A stretch of 64,000 bases of DNA. Origin: Candidatus Omnitrophota bacterium. Lineage in GTDB: Bacteria > Omnitrophota > Gorgyraeia > Velamenicoccales > JABMQK01. The translations under genes were made by a program, and so were the position numbers. Shown here piece by piece: positions 38,309 through 49,123 of the stretch; the first letter of the stretch is position 1; every line of letters starts with the position of its first letter. Where the stretch lies: assembly GCA_042570265.1 (NCBI GenBank), contig JBHPGU010000007.1, positions 4,883-68,882 on the forward strand, given 5' to 3'. Below the pieces are notes generated by a model that made no database searches, had not been told where the DNA came from, and saw nothing but the letters and a program-made list of their open reading frames with translations.

Positions 38309-39264
38309 CTGTGTTTTAGTTTATTCTTAGTAAGCCTATAGGCTAATTCTATTGCCTGCAGCATAGAATGGTAATCAGCTTTATTTTTACCTGCTATACC
38401 AAATGCAGTGCCATGCACACAAGACGTTCTGATAAAAGGTAGGCCTAATGTTAAATTCACGCCTTGATCAAAATATAGCATTTTAAACGCAGCTAAGCCT
38501 TGATCATGATACATGCATACAGCAGCATCAAATTCTTTATCTAAAATTCGCTTGAATATAGTATCAGCCGGAAAAGGGCCATATATAGGATTGGAGGTCT
38601 TTTTGAATTTTGCCATAGCTGGCTTAATCACCCTGACTTCCTCTGTGCCCATTAAACCATCCTCTGAGGCATGAGGATTTAATCCCGATACTACCAACTT
38701 AGGATGCTTAATCCCAAAATAATTCTTTAAAGCACCAAAGGTAAGCCCTATTGTCAGACAGATGGCCTGTTTGTTGATTCTCCTAGCCACGTCTTTTAGG
38801 GCAATATGGCGGGTAACTAAGCTTAATTTTAGTCTTTCTGAGATAAACATCATCACTACGTTCTTGACGCCGAATTCTTTTGCCAAAAACTCAGTATGAC
38901 CGCAAAACCTAATGCTATTCAAACTTATAGCCTCCTTATTCACAGGAGCTGTTACCAGACAATCAATTTTGCCGTTTTTTAAGTAGCTTACCGCCTCTCC
39001 TAGATACAACAAGCTCGCTCTTCCAAACTTTTTGGAAAGCTGACCATACCTAAATTCTGAATCTTTTATAATCCTAGAATCTATTAAATTAAACTTATAC
39101 TTCTTGCCCTTTAGGCCGTTTTTCTCCAAGGCGACGCTATCGCCAAATACAAATATTTCACAATCACTAGGCCTCTTGAATCTGCGTAGCGATTTAACGA
39201 CTACCTCTGGACCTATGCCTGACGGGTCTCCGATAGTTATGCCCAATCTTATCTTCTTACTCAT
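38296..39264 (-). CDS. pdxA: 4-hydroxythreonine-4-phosphate dehydrogenase
   Basis: GDPSGIGPE, TAPVNK, GHTE, GLNPHA, MYHDQG, RTSCVHGTA. Confidence 0.95.
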   Translation of the reverse strand: MSKKIRLGITIGDPSGIGPEVVVKSLRRFKRPSDCEIFVFGDSVALEKNGLKGKKYKFNLIDSRIIKDSEFRYGQLSKKFGRASLLYLGEAVSYLKNGKIDCLVTAPVNKEAISLNSIRFCGHTEFLAKEFGVKNVVMMFISERLKLSLVTRHIALKDVARRINKQAICLTIGLTFGALKNYFGIKHPKLVVSGLNPHASEDGLMGTEEVRVIKPAMAKFKKTSNPIYGPFPADTIFKRILDKEFDAAVCMYHDQGLAAFKMLYFDQGVNLTLGLPFIRTSCVHGTAFGIAGKNKADYHSMLQAIELAYRLTKNKLKHRCRH

Positions 39265-40147
39265 CCTTGATAGTTATATATGAATTACTTTTGAGTTTCT
39301 CCAACAATTCCCTTAACCTAGAATTGAACTTCTGATCAAAGACAAAATTATAGATATTAGTTTGCACATCAACTAATCTCTCTTTTGATGGTGCCAATTT
39401 TTCTTTAACCAAGAATATATAAAAACCGCCGGAAATCTCTATGGGTTCGGAAAATCTTCCTTTTTCTATGCTAAACACGGCTTCATCAATCTGTTTTAAC
39501 ATCTCACCCTTAGTAACCAAGCCCAGACTTGCTTTTTGAGAATACTTCTCCTGTAACTCAAAAAAATCAGAGCCCTCTTTCAATCTATCGTAAATTCTCT
39601 GGGCGGTATCTTTACCTCTAACATATATGTTCTCCAAATTAACTTGCTCATCCACATAAAAATCATCTATATGCTCTTGATAGAATTCTGTCACTTCCCT
39701 AGGGCTGACAAATATGCGGCTGCGCACCTCCATATTAATAAATTTTTCACTGAGCATCTTTTCTTCGAATCTCTTTTTTAACTCATTTAATGACAGTCCT
39801 TCGCCAGACAAAAACTCAGAAAACTGCTCTGGCGAGCCAAGCCTCCTCCTTACCCCATCTACTCTGGCCTCAATCAGCCTGGGGGCAATCTCTAGCTTTT
39901 TCCTCTTGGCTTCTTGTAAAATCAATCTATCTTCAATTAAATTTTCCAAGGCCTTCTCTTGCGACATCCCAAACTCTCTCCAGCCATCATATCCTATCTG
40001 CAATTTTACTAAATTGATATAGGAGTCTAATTCGGCCTTTGTGATTGCCTGGTTGTTTATTATGGCAACCACCTTATCTTCCACACAATAAACATTATTC
40101 ACAAAAAATAGTAAATATACTACTGTCAGCAATATCGCTTTTTTCAT
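39257..40147 (-). CDS. surA: SurA/PrsA-like periplasmic chaperone with one parvulin-like domain
   Basis: Signal peptide, DKVVAIINNQAIT SurA-N motif; mfd-surA-pdxA-rsmA synteny. Confidence 0.8.
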   Translation of the reverse strand: MKKAILLTVVYLLFFVNNVYCVEDKVVAIINNQAITKAELDSYINLVKLQIGYDGWREFGMSQEKALENLIEDRLILQEAKRKKLEIAPRLIEARVDGVRRRLGSPEQFSEFLSGEGLSLNELKKRFEEKMLSEKFINMEVRSRIFVSPREVTEFYQEHIDDFYVDEQVNLENIYVRGKDTAQRIYDRLKEGSDFFELQEKYSQKASLGLVTKGEMLKQIDEAVFSIEKGRFSEPIEISGGFYIFLVKEKLAPSKERLVDVQTNIYNFVFDQKFNSRLRELLEKLKSNSYITIKDE

Positions 40148-42045
40148 ATCCTACCTTTCGCTTTTTCACTCTTTAACTGCGCAACGACCTGTCTAATTAA
40201 ACGACAATATAAGTCAAAGCCTACAGCCATTATATAACCATGTTGCTCAGTTCCCAAAAGATTTCCTGCTCCTCTTATTTCTAAATCTTCCATAGCAATC
40301 TTAAAACCTGCCCCTAGTTGTGAATACTCTTCAATGGCTTCTAGTCTCTTGGATGCATCTTGATTTACGGGCTTATTCTTGGGAACGAGAAAGTAAGCAT
40401 AAGCCTTACGATTAAATCTACCTACTCGGCCTCTTAATTGATGCAAATCAGACAAGCCAAACATATCTGCATTATTGACGATTATTGTATTGGCGTTGGG
40501 TACATCTATCCCTGACTCTATAATATTAGTAGATACTAAAATATCGATTTCGCCGCTCAGAAAAGAAAGCATGACTTTTTCCAAAAGCTTAGGCGCCATT
40601 TGGCCATGAGCAAAATTAACCTTTACTGAATCGCCAGCTAAATCCTCTACCAAATCCTTGACTTGCTCAATGTTCTCAACCCTATTATGGATAAAAAACA
40701 TCTGACCCCTTCTAGAGATCTCCCTGCGTATAGCTGATTTTATCAAATCCCTGCTAAATTCCACCACTTTGGACTCGATGGGGATACGATTTTGAGGTGG
40801 TGTATTTATAACCGAGATATCCTTTGCGCCCATCAACGACATGTAGAGAGTGCGTGGGATAGGGGTTGCCGTAAGCGTCAATATATCGACCATCATTCTG
40901 ATCTTTTTTAGTTTTTCCTTTGCGCGCACCCCGAACTTCTGTTCTTCATCAATAATGATCAGCCCCAAATTCTTAAAATTAACATCATCAGATAGCAACC
41001 TGTGAGTCCCGATAACTACATCGACCCTTCCCTGCACCAATTGATCGATTATCTCTTTTTGTTCAGCCTTTGTCTTAAAACGACTAATCATTGCTATATT
41101 TACGGGGAAGTCTTTAAGTCTTTTAAGGAAATTCTGATAGTGCTGCTCGGCCAATATTGTCGTAGGAACCAAGAACACAACCTGCTTATTATCCATGGCA
41201 GCCTTAAAGCAAGCCCTCATAGCGACCTCTGTCTTGCCGTAGCCTACATCTCCACAGATCAATCTATCCATAGGCCTGGACGACTCCATATCTTCTTTAA
41301 CTTTTCGAGTTGCATTTGTCTGATCTGGCGTCTCCTCAAAATCAAACAACTCCTCAAATTGCTCCTGCCAATCTGTATCTTTAGAAAATCTAAAACCAGA
41401 AAGCGCCTGTCTCTTTGCCTGCATCTCTAATAAATCTAAGGCTACTTTTAATATGCCCTTGCGGGTCCTCTCCTTAATTCTCTCCCACTCACCTGAGCCA
41501 AGTCGATAGAGCTTCGGGCTGCGGCCTTCAAAACTAATATACTTCTGCACTAAGTGCGCTTTATCAATAGGAACATATAATCTCTCATTTTTGGCGTATT
41601 CAATTGCCAAATGATCCTTTTCTATGTCCTTTAATTTAATCTTTTCAATTCCCAAATATTTGCCAACGCCATGTCTAATATGGACTACATATTCACCTTT
41701 CCTTAAGTCTATAAAATTATGCAGCGGGGCTTCTTCAAAAAATGCACTATAACGGCTAGGATGAATTTTAATTCTAGGCAAGATTATAACCATCTGATGT
41801 TTCCAGATAGTCTTTGCTGTCAAAATATTATAGCTGTCTATAGACTTGACCTTATTATAGTGGAATTCAATACGTACTGGACAGTCGAAAGTCATAGGAT
41901 AAATATCCACCACTGAGCCACGCCGGGAAAAATCACCCTCCTCTTGCACGCTATTCTGCCTCTTGTAGTCAAATTCAACAAAAGTACGCATTAGAAAATC
42001 CAGGTCCGCATCTTGTCCTTTGTATATTTTTAGTGATTTAAACAT
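40144..42045 (-). CDS. mfd: Transcription-repair coupling factor, compact form (633 aa)
   Basis: GDFSRRGSVVDIYP, VVHIRHGVG (RID), DRLICGDVGYGKTEVA, DEEQKFG, QLRGRVGR, DLEIRGAGNLLG. Confidence 0.9.
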   Translation of the reverse strand: MFKSLKIYKGQDADLDFLMRTFVEFDYKRQNSVQEEGDFSRRGSVVDIYPMTFDCPVRIEFHYNKVKSIDSYNILTAKTIWKHQMVIILPRIKIHPSRYSAFFEEAPLHNFIDLRKGEYVVHIRHGVGKYLGIEKIKLKDIEKDHLAIEYAKNERLYVPIDKAHLVQKYISFEGRSPKLYRLGSGEWERIKERTRKGILKVALDLLEMQAKRQALSGFRFSKDTDWQEQFEELFDFEETPDQTNATRKVKEDMESSRPMDRLICGDVGYGKTEVAMRACFKAAMDNKQVVFLVPTTILAEQHYQNFLKRLKDFPVNIAMISRFKTKAEQKEIIDQLVQGRVDVVIGTHRLLSDDVNFKNLGLIIIDEEQKFGVRAKEKLKKIRMMVDILTLTATPIPRTLYMSLMGAKDISVINTPPQNRIPIESKVVEFSRDLIKSAIRREISRRGQMFFIHNRVENIEQVKDLVEDLAGDSVKVNFAHGQMAPKLLEKVMLSFLSGEIDILVSTNIIESGIDVPNANTIIVNNADMFGLSDLHQLRGRVGRFNRKAYAYFLVPKNKPVNQDASKRLEAIEEYSQLGAGFKIAMEDLEIRGAGNLLGTEQHGYIMAVGFDLYCRLIRQVVAQLKSEKAKGRI

Positions 42046-42059
42046 TGCTTTCTCTTACC

Positions 42060-42106
42060 AAATGGCGCTGAAAAGCTCTTACAAGCTAGATCAGCGCCAT
42101 TTTTTT
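42060..42106. terminator. Hairpin between secDF and mfd, possible terminator
   Basis: AAATGGCGCTGA...TCAGCGCCATTT stem followed by a T run on the plus strand. Confidence 0.45.
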
Positions 42107-42125
42107 GTACATTTCTTAACTTTTA

Positions 42126-44312
42126 TTATCTTTTCTTGCGTCCGTGAAAAGCAACTACTAAGGGAGTTGCAATAAATATTGACGAATATGTACCCACTAT
42201 GAAACCTATCAAAAGCACTAAAGCAAAACTGTTCAATACTTCCCCGCCAAACAAAAACAACGACAAAATTACTAAAATGGTAGTAAATGAAGTAAGCACA
42301 GAACGCGCTAATGTCTGGTTTATGGCGGCATTGACTACCTCGGAGATATTTGCCTTGTGCATCTTTTGCATCATCTCCCGAATTCTATCATAGACAACAA
42401 TAGTATCGTTTATAGAATAACCTGCCAGTGTTAAAAGCGCAGTAACAATCAAAAGGTCTATCTGGCGGTTAAGAAACAAAAGTAGTCCTGTGGCAATAAT
42501 GACATCATGAATTAAAGCAGCGATGCCACCCAGAGCAAAGTCAAAGTGCCTAAAACGAAAAGTTACGTACACCAGAATTCCCAATAAAGACCAGAGTATA
42601 GCCCCGATTGCTTTAGTCTTTAACTGTTGGCCCACGACCGGACCGACATTTTCAATACGCATAATCTCGAAATTATTATCAGGGAATTCGTTGGTGAATT
42701 GCTCCTGGACTAAATCAGATGTATCAGAAGCGGTGCGCACGACTATCTCTTTAGAATTATCTCTAAATTGCTGTATGGAGGCGTCGTCCAAACCCACTTC
42801 CTTGAGAGAAGTCCTTATGTCTTCGATTGGAATTGGCTCATCAAAAGAATACTCCTGAATTTGACCTCCTGCGAAATCAATCCCCAGGGAACTTTTACCC
42901 TTTATTGCAAATATTCCTAAACTAACTATAACCGCTAATAAAGAAAGTGTAATAAAAATATTTCTTTTACTAGTAAAATTAATGCTCGTAGGCCTAAAGA
43001 ACTGTAACATCGGCAATCTTTTGAGTTTTCTAAAGTAGTGGAATATTACCTCAAATATTGCTTTAGTCACCACAATCGCAGTAAACATGCTAGCCACAAT
43101 GCCTATAGATAGAGTTACGGCAAATCCGCGTATTGGTCCTGTGCCGAATTGAAATAAACAAAATGCGGCGATCAAGGTAGTTAAATTAGCATCGCAGATC
43201 GTACGAAATGCCTTGCTGTAGCCAAAATTCATAGCTGTCTGCAAGGGCCTGCCGATCTTTACCTCTTCTCTAATGCGCTCATTAACCAAGACATTAGCAT
43301 CTACAGCCATACCTAAAGTTAAAATAATTCCGGCTATGCCCGGAAGCGTCAAAGTTACATTAAATAAGCCCAAGTATCCAAAGACGATTAATAAATTAAG
43401 AAGCAGCGCAACACAAACCACAAGCCCAGAAAATAAATAGTATAAAATGATGAAGCCGAATACCAAGGCAATGCCATATATGGAAGCCTTTACTCCAGAA
43501 TCTATAGAATCTTTACCCAGTAATGGGCCAACTGTTCTTTCTTCAGCAATAATTACAGGTGCTGGTAAAGAACCAACTCGCAATACTAAAGCTAGGTCTT
43601 TTGCCTCTTCGACGTCAAACCTGCCAGTTATTACTGCTTCTCCTGAAGGAATAGCCTCATTAATGCGCGGGGCTGAATAGACTTTACCATCAAGAATTAT
43701 AGCTAGCCTCCTGCCTACATTTTCAGAAGTAAGGTTTGCAAATATATTTGCTCCTTCAGAATTAAATTTTAAACCCACAATGGGCTGGCCAAAACCACCT
43801 TGGTCAAACCTTACATCCGCACTTGTCAGCGTATCGCCGCGCAAAAGCGTCTTCTCCTCCAGCAAAATCGGCTCGCCCTTATCCTTATCAATCTTCTTTA
43901 GTTCAAAGCCTTCGGGAACCTCTCCCTCCATGGCTTCAGACAGCTTATCTATATCATCAGAGACTAATTTGAATTCCAAGACAGCAGTACGCCTGATTAA
44001 TTCTAAAGCCCTATTTCTATCGGTTAAACCCGGCAGCTGTACGACAATCTGGTCTACTCCCTGCAATTGCACGGTAGGTTCTTTTACGCCAAATTCATCT
44101 ATCCTGTTACGGATAATCTCTAAAGCCCTCTCATGAGCATCTTCTTTTGCCTCTTCAGGTAAATCTGAAGTATCCACCTGTAGAACCAGATGCATCCCGC
44201 CCTTCAGATCCAAACCTAAGCTAATCTTCTCATTTAGAGGAAAGGCATGAAAACAGGCAAAAGCGATGACTAGTGCAATAATGACAATCCTTACAATCAA
44301 ATTAGTATTCAT
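42126..44312 (-). CDS. secDF: Fused protein-export membrane protein SecDF
   Basis: LGLDLKGG, RIDEFGV, GMAVDANV, GIDFAGG, GYSINDTIVVYDRIRE. Confidence 0.95.
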   Translation of the reverse strand: MNTNLIVRIVIIALVIAFACFHAFPLNEKISLGLDLKGGMHLVLQVDTSDLPEEAKEDAHERALEIIRNRIDEFGVKEPTVQLQGVDQIVVQLPGLTDRNRALELIRRTAVLEFKLVSDDIDKLSEAMEGEVPEGFELKKIDKDKGEPILLEEKTLLRGDTLTSADVRFDQGGFGQPIVGLKFNSEGANIFANLTSENVGRRLAIILDGKVYSAPRINEAIPSGEAVITGRFDVEEAKDLALVLRVGSLPAPVIIAEERTVGPLLGKDSIDSGVKASIYGIALVFGFIILYYLFSGLVVCVALLLNLLIVFGYLGLFNVTLTLPGIAGIILTLGMAVDANVLVNERIREEVKIGRPLQTAMNFGYSKAFRTICDANLTTLIAAFCLFQFGTGPIRGFAVTLSIGIVASMFTAIVVTKAIFEVIFHYFRKLKRLPMLQFFRPTSINFTSKRNIFITLSLLAVIVSLGIFAIKGKSSLGIDFAGGQIQEYSFDEPIPIEDIRTSLKEVGLDDASIQQFRDNSKEIVVRTASDTSDLVQEQFTNEFPDNNFEIMRIENVGPVVGQQLKTKAIGAILWSLLGILVYVTFRFRHFDFALGGIAALIHDVIIATGLLLFLNRQIDLLIVTALLTLAGYSINDTIVVYDRIREMMQKMHKANISEVVNAAINQTLARSVLTSFTTILVILSLFLFGGEVLNSFALVLLIGFIVGTYSSIFIATPLVVAFHGRKKR

Positions 44313-44339
44313 ATGGATGTCCTCTTAGTTTAAGTTGTG

Positions 44340-44627
44340 CTATTCCGTCTTTTTCTTCAAACAAGATACCGCACTCTTGTTTATTTCTATCTTTACGCTA
44401 TCGTCAACTCTAAGCATAAATGTCTTCTCTTTCACATTTGCTATTGTCCCATGCATTCCACCTGTAGTAACTATCTCATCGTTCTTCTTTAAATTATCGA
44501 GCAGAGACTTGTGTTCTTTTTGCTCTTTTTTTTGTGGCTTAATTAAAACAAAATAGAAAATCACATAGATCAAGATTATGGGGATAAACATGCTCGCAAA
44601 TGGGCTCTGGCCTACTGGTGGATTCAT
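44340..44627 (-). CDS. yajC: Preprotein translocase subunit YajC
   Basis: FYFVLIKPQKK, DEIVTTGGMHG. Confidence 0.93.
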   Translation of the reverse strand: MNPPVGQSPFASMFIPIILIYVIFYFVLIKPQKKEQKEHKSLLDNLKKNDEIVTTGGMHGTIANVKEKTFMLRVDDSVKIEINKSAVSCLKKKTE

Positions 44628-44666
44628 CTCGCTCTCCTTTATTTTACATTATTATAGATTGCTAAG

Positions 44667-44912
44667 CTATCCTTTATATTTCTTATATAGACTTGCTACG
44701 GTATCCGTGGGCTGCGCACCTTTTGAAACCCAATAATCATACCTCTCTTTTTTGATTTTAACAGAAGCCGGTTTCTTTGAGGGATCATAATAGCCTATTT
44801 CCTCGATAGGCCTACTATCCCTGGCAGCAGGTCTTGAAATTACAACTATTCGAAAGTTATACCTGCCCTTGGCAGTCCTGCTGATTTTCTTCATTCTGAT
44901 TCTTACTGACAT
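44667..44912 (-). CDS. rpsP: 30S ribosomal protein S16
   Basis: VRIRM, FRIVV, IEEIGYYDP, YWVSKGAQPTDTV. Confidence 0.95.
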   Translation of the reverse strand: MSVRIRMKKISRTAKGRYNFRIVVISRPAARDSRPIEEIGYYDPSKKPASVKIKKERYDYWVSKGAQPTDTVASLYKKYKG

Positions 44913-44922
44913 TTTGCTTCCT

Positions 44923-45156
44923 CCTTTAATGAGCGCGTGACTTACAGAACACTAGTGAATGTAAGTCACTGCGCGAATTAATCCCGAAGCTTAAGTTAAA
45001 ATTTTCTGTGAAAATTTTAACTTGTTTAAGCAAGGGATATGCATGAACTCCCCCTCCTCATAAGATGTATCAAAATTATATCCTATAATTTTGATACATT
45101 CGGCGGGGCAATTCGGCCTGTAAACTTACGATCATTACATTCCGTAAGTTTAGGCC
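44923..45156. repeat. Run of four consecutive hairpins filling the trpE-rpsP spacer
   Basis: Stems gtgacttac/gtaagtcac; aagttaaaattttc/gaaaattttaactt; atgtatcaaaattata/tataattttgatacat; taaacttacg/cgtaagttta. Confidence 0.75.
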
Positions 45157-46649
45157 TCATTGATTGCTTCAATTAACGCTTTTGCCTTATTTTGGGTCTC
45201 TCTATATTCTCTCTCTGGAACTGAATCCGCGACTATGCCTGCCCCAGCTTGAACATAGCAAAGACCATCTTTTACAACCACGGTCCTAATAGTTATGCAG
45301 GTGTCCAAATTTCCAGAGAAACTAAAATAGCCTATGCATCCTGCATATGGACCACGACGAACATTCTCCAATTCATCTATTATTTCCATGGCCCTAATCT
45401 TAGGGGCTCCAGCTACCGTACCTGCGGGAAACGCAGAAGATAATGAATTAAAAATATCATAACGCTTATCTAGCTTAGCAACAACTGAACTGACTATGTG
45501 CATAACATGAGAGTATTTTTCAATTATCATAAAATCCTGAACCCTGACAGAACCTTTCTGAGCTACCCTGCCTAAGTCATTTCTGCCTAAATCCACCAAC
45601 ATAATGTGCTCTGCTCTTTCTTTTTTGTCTCTCAAAAGTTCCTTGGCCAGATTGCTATCTTCTGACACATCTCTACCCCTGGGCCTCGTTCCAGCAATGG
45701 GTCGCGTCTCAATCAAACCGTCTTCGCAGCGAACAAGCATCTCCGGAGAAGAACCTACTATCTTAAAATCTCCTAATTTTAAACAATACATATACGGCGA
45801 AGGATTGATTGAACGCAGCCGTCTATAAATTTCGATAAAATTATCGACTAATTTTGTTTTGAATCTCTGCGAAAGTACAACTTGAATGACATCTCCTCGT
45901 TTAATATATTTCTTTGCTTTTTTGACAATACGGCAAAATCTTTCTTTGGTGAAATTGGAAGATATTTTTACAGGGGCCCTTGATTTTGCCAGTGACTCCT
46001 TAAGATTCTTATGTTCAATCAAACTATTCCTCAAGCGTTTAATATTTTGCCTTCCCTGCTCATAGGCCCTCTTAACACATTTAGCATTCCCGCTGTCCCT
46101 GATATAGACATTGGAAACAATCCTTATCTTGTGTTCAATGTGATCAAAGACTAAAAGGTTGTTAGAGAGCATAAAAATACTATCTGGAAGCTTTAGGTCG
46201 TCCTTATTTTCGTCAGGAATCTTCTCAAAGAATCTAATCATGTCATAAGACATGTAACCCACAAAACCACCTGCAAATCTAGGTAGTTCTTTTAAAGGCA
46301 CATACCTATATTTTTGCAAAATACTTTTTATCTCATCTAAGGGATTAGTCTTTGTGACATACTTTTTTTTCTTATTCTTTTTGACATTGAATTCGCTAAT
46401 TTCTATTTGACGGCCTTTGCTCTTAATTACCAATGAAGGGTCTGTCGACAAAAATGAGTACCTCCCGATCTTTTCCTGGCTCTCTACCGATTCCAGCAAA
46501 TAAGCATAATCGCCACGGCAAACTTTTAAGAAACTAGACACTGGCGTCTCTCGATCAGCTAGCAATTCAGTATAGACCGGCACAAGATTACCTTTTTTAG
46601 AAAGCTTTAAAAAAGTTTTAAAATCTGGTTTTATCTTTAATTCTTTCAT
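45150..46649 (-). CDS. trpE: Anthranilate synthase component I (TrpE/PabB family)
   Basis: [50 protein letters not shown]. Confidence 0.88.
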   Translation of the reverse strand: MKELKIKPDFKTFLKLSKKGNLVPVYTELLADRETPVSSFLKVCRGDYAYLLESVESQEKIGRYSFLSTDPSLVIKSKGRQIEISEFNVKKNKKKKYVTKTNPLDEIKSILQKYRYVPLKELPRFAGGFVGYMSYDMIRFFEKIPDENKDDLKLPDSIFMLSNNLLVFDHIEHKIRIVSNVYIRDSGNAKCVKRAYEQGRQNIKRLRNSLIEHKNLKESLAKSRAPVKISSNFTKERFCRIVKKAKKYIKRGDVIQVVLSQRFKTKLVDNFIEIYRRLRSINPSPYMYCLKLGDFKIVGSSPEMLVRCEDGLIETRPIAGTRPRGRDVSEDSNLAKELLRDKKERAEHIMLVDLGRNDLGRVAQKGSVRVQDFMIIEKYSHVMHIVSSVVAKLDKRYDIFNSLSSAFPAGTVAGAPKIRAMEIIDELENVRRGPYAGCIGYFSFSGNLDTCITIRTVVVKDGLCYVQAGAGIVADSVPEREYRETQNKAKALIEAINEA

Positions 46650-46987
46650 TTAATTCGTCTATAAAAACAACTATATTCCCCTGTGTGACAGGCTACCCCT
46701 TTTTGCTTAACTTTGATCAAAAGGCAATCCATATCACAATCATAATAAATATTCTTAACAAACTGGAAGCATCCCGAAGTCTCTCCTTTTATCCAAAATT
46801 TCTTGCGGGAACGGGACCAAAAACAAGTCTTGCCCTCTTTTATGGTTTTCCTTAATGAAGCCTTATTCATATAAGCGACCATTAGGATTGCCTTAGTTTT
46901 ATAGTCTTGGATAATCGCCGGGATCAAGCCCTGTTTATCAAACTTTAACTTATTAATATTGAATCTGGCTGATGATTTTGTTTTCAT
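46646..46987 (-). CDS. hisI: Phosphoribosyl-AMP cyclohydrolase
   Basis: [33 protein letters not shown]. Confidence 0.95.
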   Translation of the reverse strand: MKTKSSARFNINKLKFDKQGLIPAIIQDYKTKAILMVAYMNKASLRKTIKEGKTCFWSRSRKKFWIKGETSGCFQFVKNIYYDCDMDCLLIKVKQKGVACHTGEYSCFYRRIK

Positions 46988-47742
46988 ATGCGTACATTTA
47001 CTCCTTTTCTCTTCAAATACTTCTTTACCTTGCCCACGGAATATTCTCCGTAGTGAAAAATAGACGCTGCCAATGCTGCATCTGCTTTACCGATAGTAAG
47101 AATATCCTTAAAATGTTTTGGGTTACCAGCTCCTCCGGAAGCAATAACTGGAATACTTACAGCCTTGCTTATGCTTCTAGTCAAATCTATGTCGAAACCA
47201 TCTTTTGTACCATCGAAATCCATGCTGGTTAACAATATCTCTCCTGCGCCTTGCGCCTCTGCCTGCCTGGCCCACTTTATCGCGTCTTTGCCAGTTGGAG
47301 TTCTGCCTCCATTAACAAAGACTTCCCACTTGGATCTTGAAACCTTCTTAGCATCAATAGCCACAACAATACATTGGCTGCCGAATCTCTTTGCCGCTTC
47401 CTTGATTAGTTTTGGATTCTTTACTGCAGCCGTATTAATGGAGACCTTTTCTGCTCCGGCATTCAATAAATTCCTGATATCAACTAAATTTCTTATTCCT
47501 CCGCCTACAGTAAAAGGCATAAATACATTTTCAGCGGTCTTTCGCACAATATTAATGATGATATTTCTCTTCTCATGACTTGCAGTTATGTCCAGAAAGA
47601 CTAATTCATCAGCTTGTTGCCTCTCGTAAGCCTTGGCACATTGGACTGGATCTCCGGCGTCTCGCAAGTTTATAAAACGTACGCCCTTAACTACTCGTCC
47701 ATCCTTTACATCCAAACAAGGTATTATTCTCTTGGCTAACAC
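46984..47742 (-). CDS. hisF: Imidazole glycerol phosphate synthase subunit HisF
   Basis: [39 protein letters not shown]. Confidence 0.97.
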   Translation of the reverse strand: MLAKRIIPCLDVKDGRVVKGVRFINLRDAGDPVQCAKAYERQQADELVFLDITASHEKRNIIINIVRKTAENVFMPFTVGGGIRNLVDIRNLLNAGAEKVSINTAAVKNPKLIKEAAKRFGSQCIVVAIDAKKVSRSKWEVFVNGGRTPTGKDAIKWARQAEAQGAGEILLTSMDFDGTKDGFDIDLTRSISKAVSIPVIASGGAGNPKHFKDILTIGKADAALAASIFHYGEYSVGKVKKYLKRKGVNVRI

Positions 47743-48521
47743 TTGATAATTCCTTCTATCGCGTCCTGGGCTTCTTTCAGTTTAAAATTCTCCTCATACA
47801 GAGCCTTGCCGACAATGATACCCGTAAGTTTATCGCTTTTTAGTTTTGCCAGATGCTTAATATCTTCCAATGAAGAGATCCCTCCGCCGTATATTACTTC
47901 GATATCTTTATCTTCTATGTTGTTTAGAAACTTCTTAAAGAATGTGAGATCTTGCTCTGACAAGCCTTGCAGAGTGCCGTCTTTTGCGCGATCAGTATAA
48001 TTTAAATATTTTATTTTTGAAGAAGTTACCCTATCAATCAAGCCCCGATAATCAAATATAGCCACTTCTTGGCCCCAGCCGCCTGTGCCAGCCATCATAA
48101 CTGGCAAGGAATCTTCATCTACTCTTCTAAAATCAAGGCTAAGAGCAATCTTATCGACATTCCCTTTTATCTGCTCCTGGTCTAGAAAAGATAGATCATG
48201 CATGACTGCAGTTCCGATAGAGATTCTATCCACACCAAACTTTAAATACATCTGGATGTGCTCAGCTGTACGAATTCCACCACCTACCTCAACAGGTATG
48301 GAAAGATTTTTTATGATATTTTCTATGACCTTAGCGTTCTTTGGCTCTCCTGATTTTGCCCCATCTAAATCAACAACATGAAGATACCTCGCTCCTTCAT
48401 CCTGCCAAGATTTTGCAATGGACAACGGATCATCGCTATATTCTTTCTTATCTTGAAAAGAACCTTTTATCAGCCTTACTACTTTCCCATCTAAAATATC
48501 TACCGCGGGAATGATTTTCAT
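47736..48521 (-). CDS. hisA: ProFAR isomerase
   Basis: [33 protein letters not shown]. Confidence 0.93.
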   Translation of the reverse strand: MKIIPAVDILDGKVVRLIKGSFQDKKEYSDDPLSIAKSWQDEGARYLHVVDLDGAKSGEPKNAKVIENIIKNLSIPVEVGGGIRTAEHIQMYLKFGVDRISIGTAVMHDLSFLDQEQIKGNVDKIALSLDFRRVDEDSLPVMMAGTGGWGQEVAIFDYRGLIDRVTSSKIKYLNYTDRAKDGTLQGLSEQDLTFFKKFLNNIEDKDIEVIYGGGISSLEDIKHLAKLKSDKLTGIIVGKALYEENFKLKEAQDAIEGIIKC

Positions 48522-49123
48522 TTTTTCCCCCTAGCAAAATTCTCTAAGATTTTTAAGCCAATTGCTTGGCTCTTTTCAGGATGAAATTGAATGCCAAACG
48601 CATTATCTTTAGCCACTGCAGAAGCATAATTCTTTATATAGTTTGTCTGGCCAATCACAACCCGGTTTTCTCTGGGCTTAACATAATATGAGTGACAAAA
48701 ATATACATAAGAACCATCCTTAATGCCTTTAAGCATAGGGTTCTTTAGTTTAATCTTCAGCTGATTCCAACCAATGTGGGGAATCTTGGCTCGTCCTCGA
48801 AAGCGTAAAACTTCGCCTTTGACTAGGCCAAGGCCCTTCGTGCTTGGAGACTCGCTGCTGCGCTCAAACATTAACTGAAGACCCAGACAAATTCCTAGGA
48901 ATCGATTGCCTTTAGCAACATAGTCTTTTATGGCCTGAGGCATCCCGGATTTATTTAGAATATCCATAGCATTGCCGAATGCACCAACTCCGGGTAATAT
49001 GCAAGCATCCATCTTTTTTAGTTGTCCAGGCTCAGAGATTATCTTGGCTTTTGCACCCAGAGACAATAATGCATTGCGTACGCTATATAAGTTGCCCATT
49101 CCGTAGTCGATTATCCCAATCAT
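48518..49123 (-). CDS. hisH: Imidazole glycerol phosphate synthase glutaminase subunit
   Basis: DYGMGN, PGVG, GICLG, PHIGWN, QFHPEKS. Confidence 0.96.
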   Translation of the reverse strand: MIGIIDYGMGNLYSVRNALLSLGAKAKIISEPGQLKKMDACILPGVGAFGNAMDILNKSGMPQAIKDYVAKGNRFLGICLGLQLMFERSSESPSTKGLGLVKGEVLRFRGRAKIPHIGWNQLKIKLKNPMLKGIKDGSYVYFCHSYYVKPRENRVVIGQTNYIKNYASAVAKDNAFGIQFHPEKSQAIGLKILENFARGKK

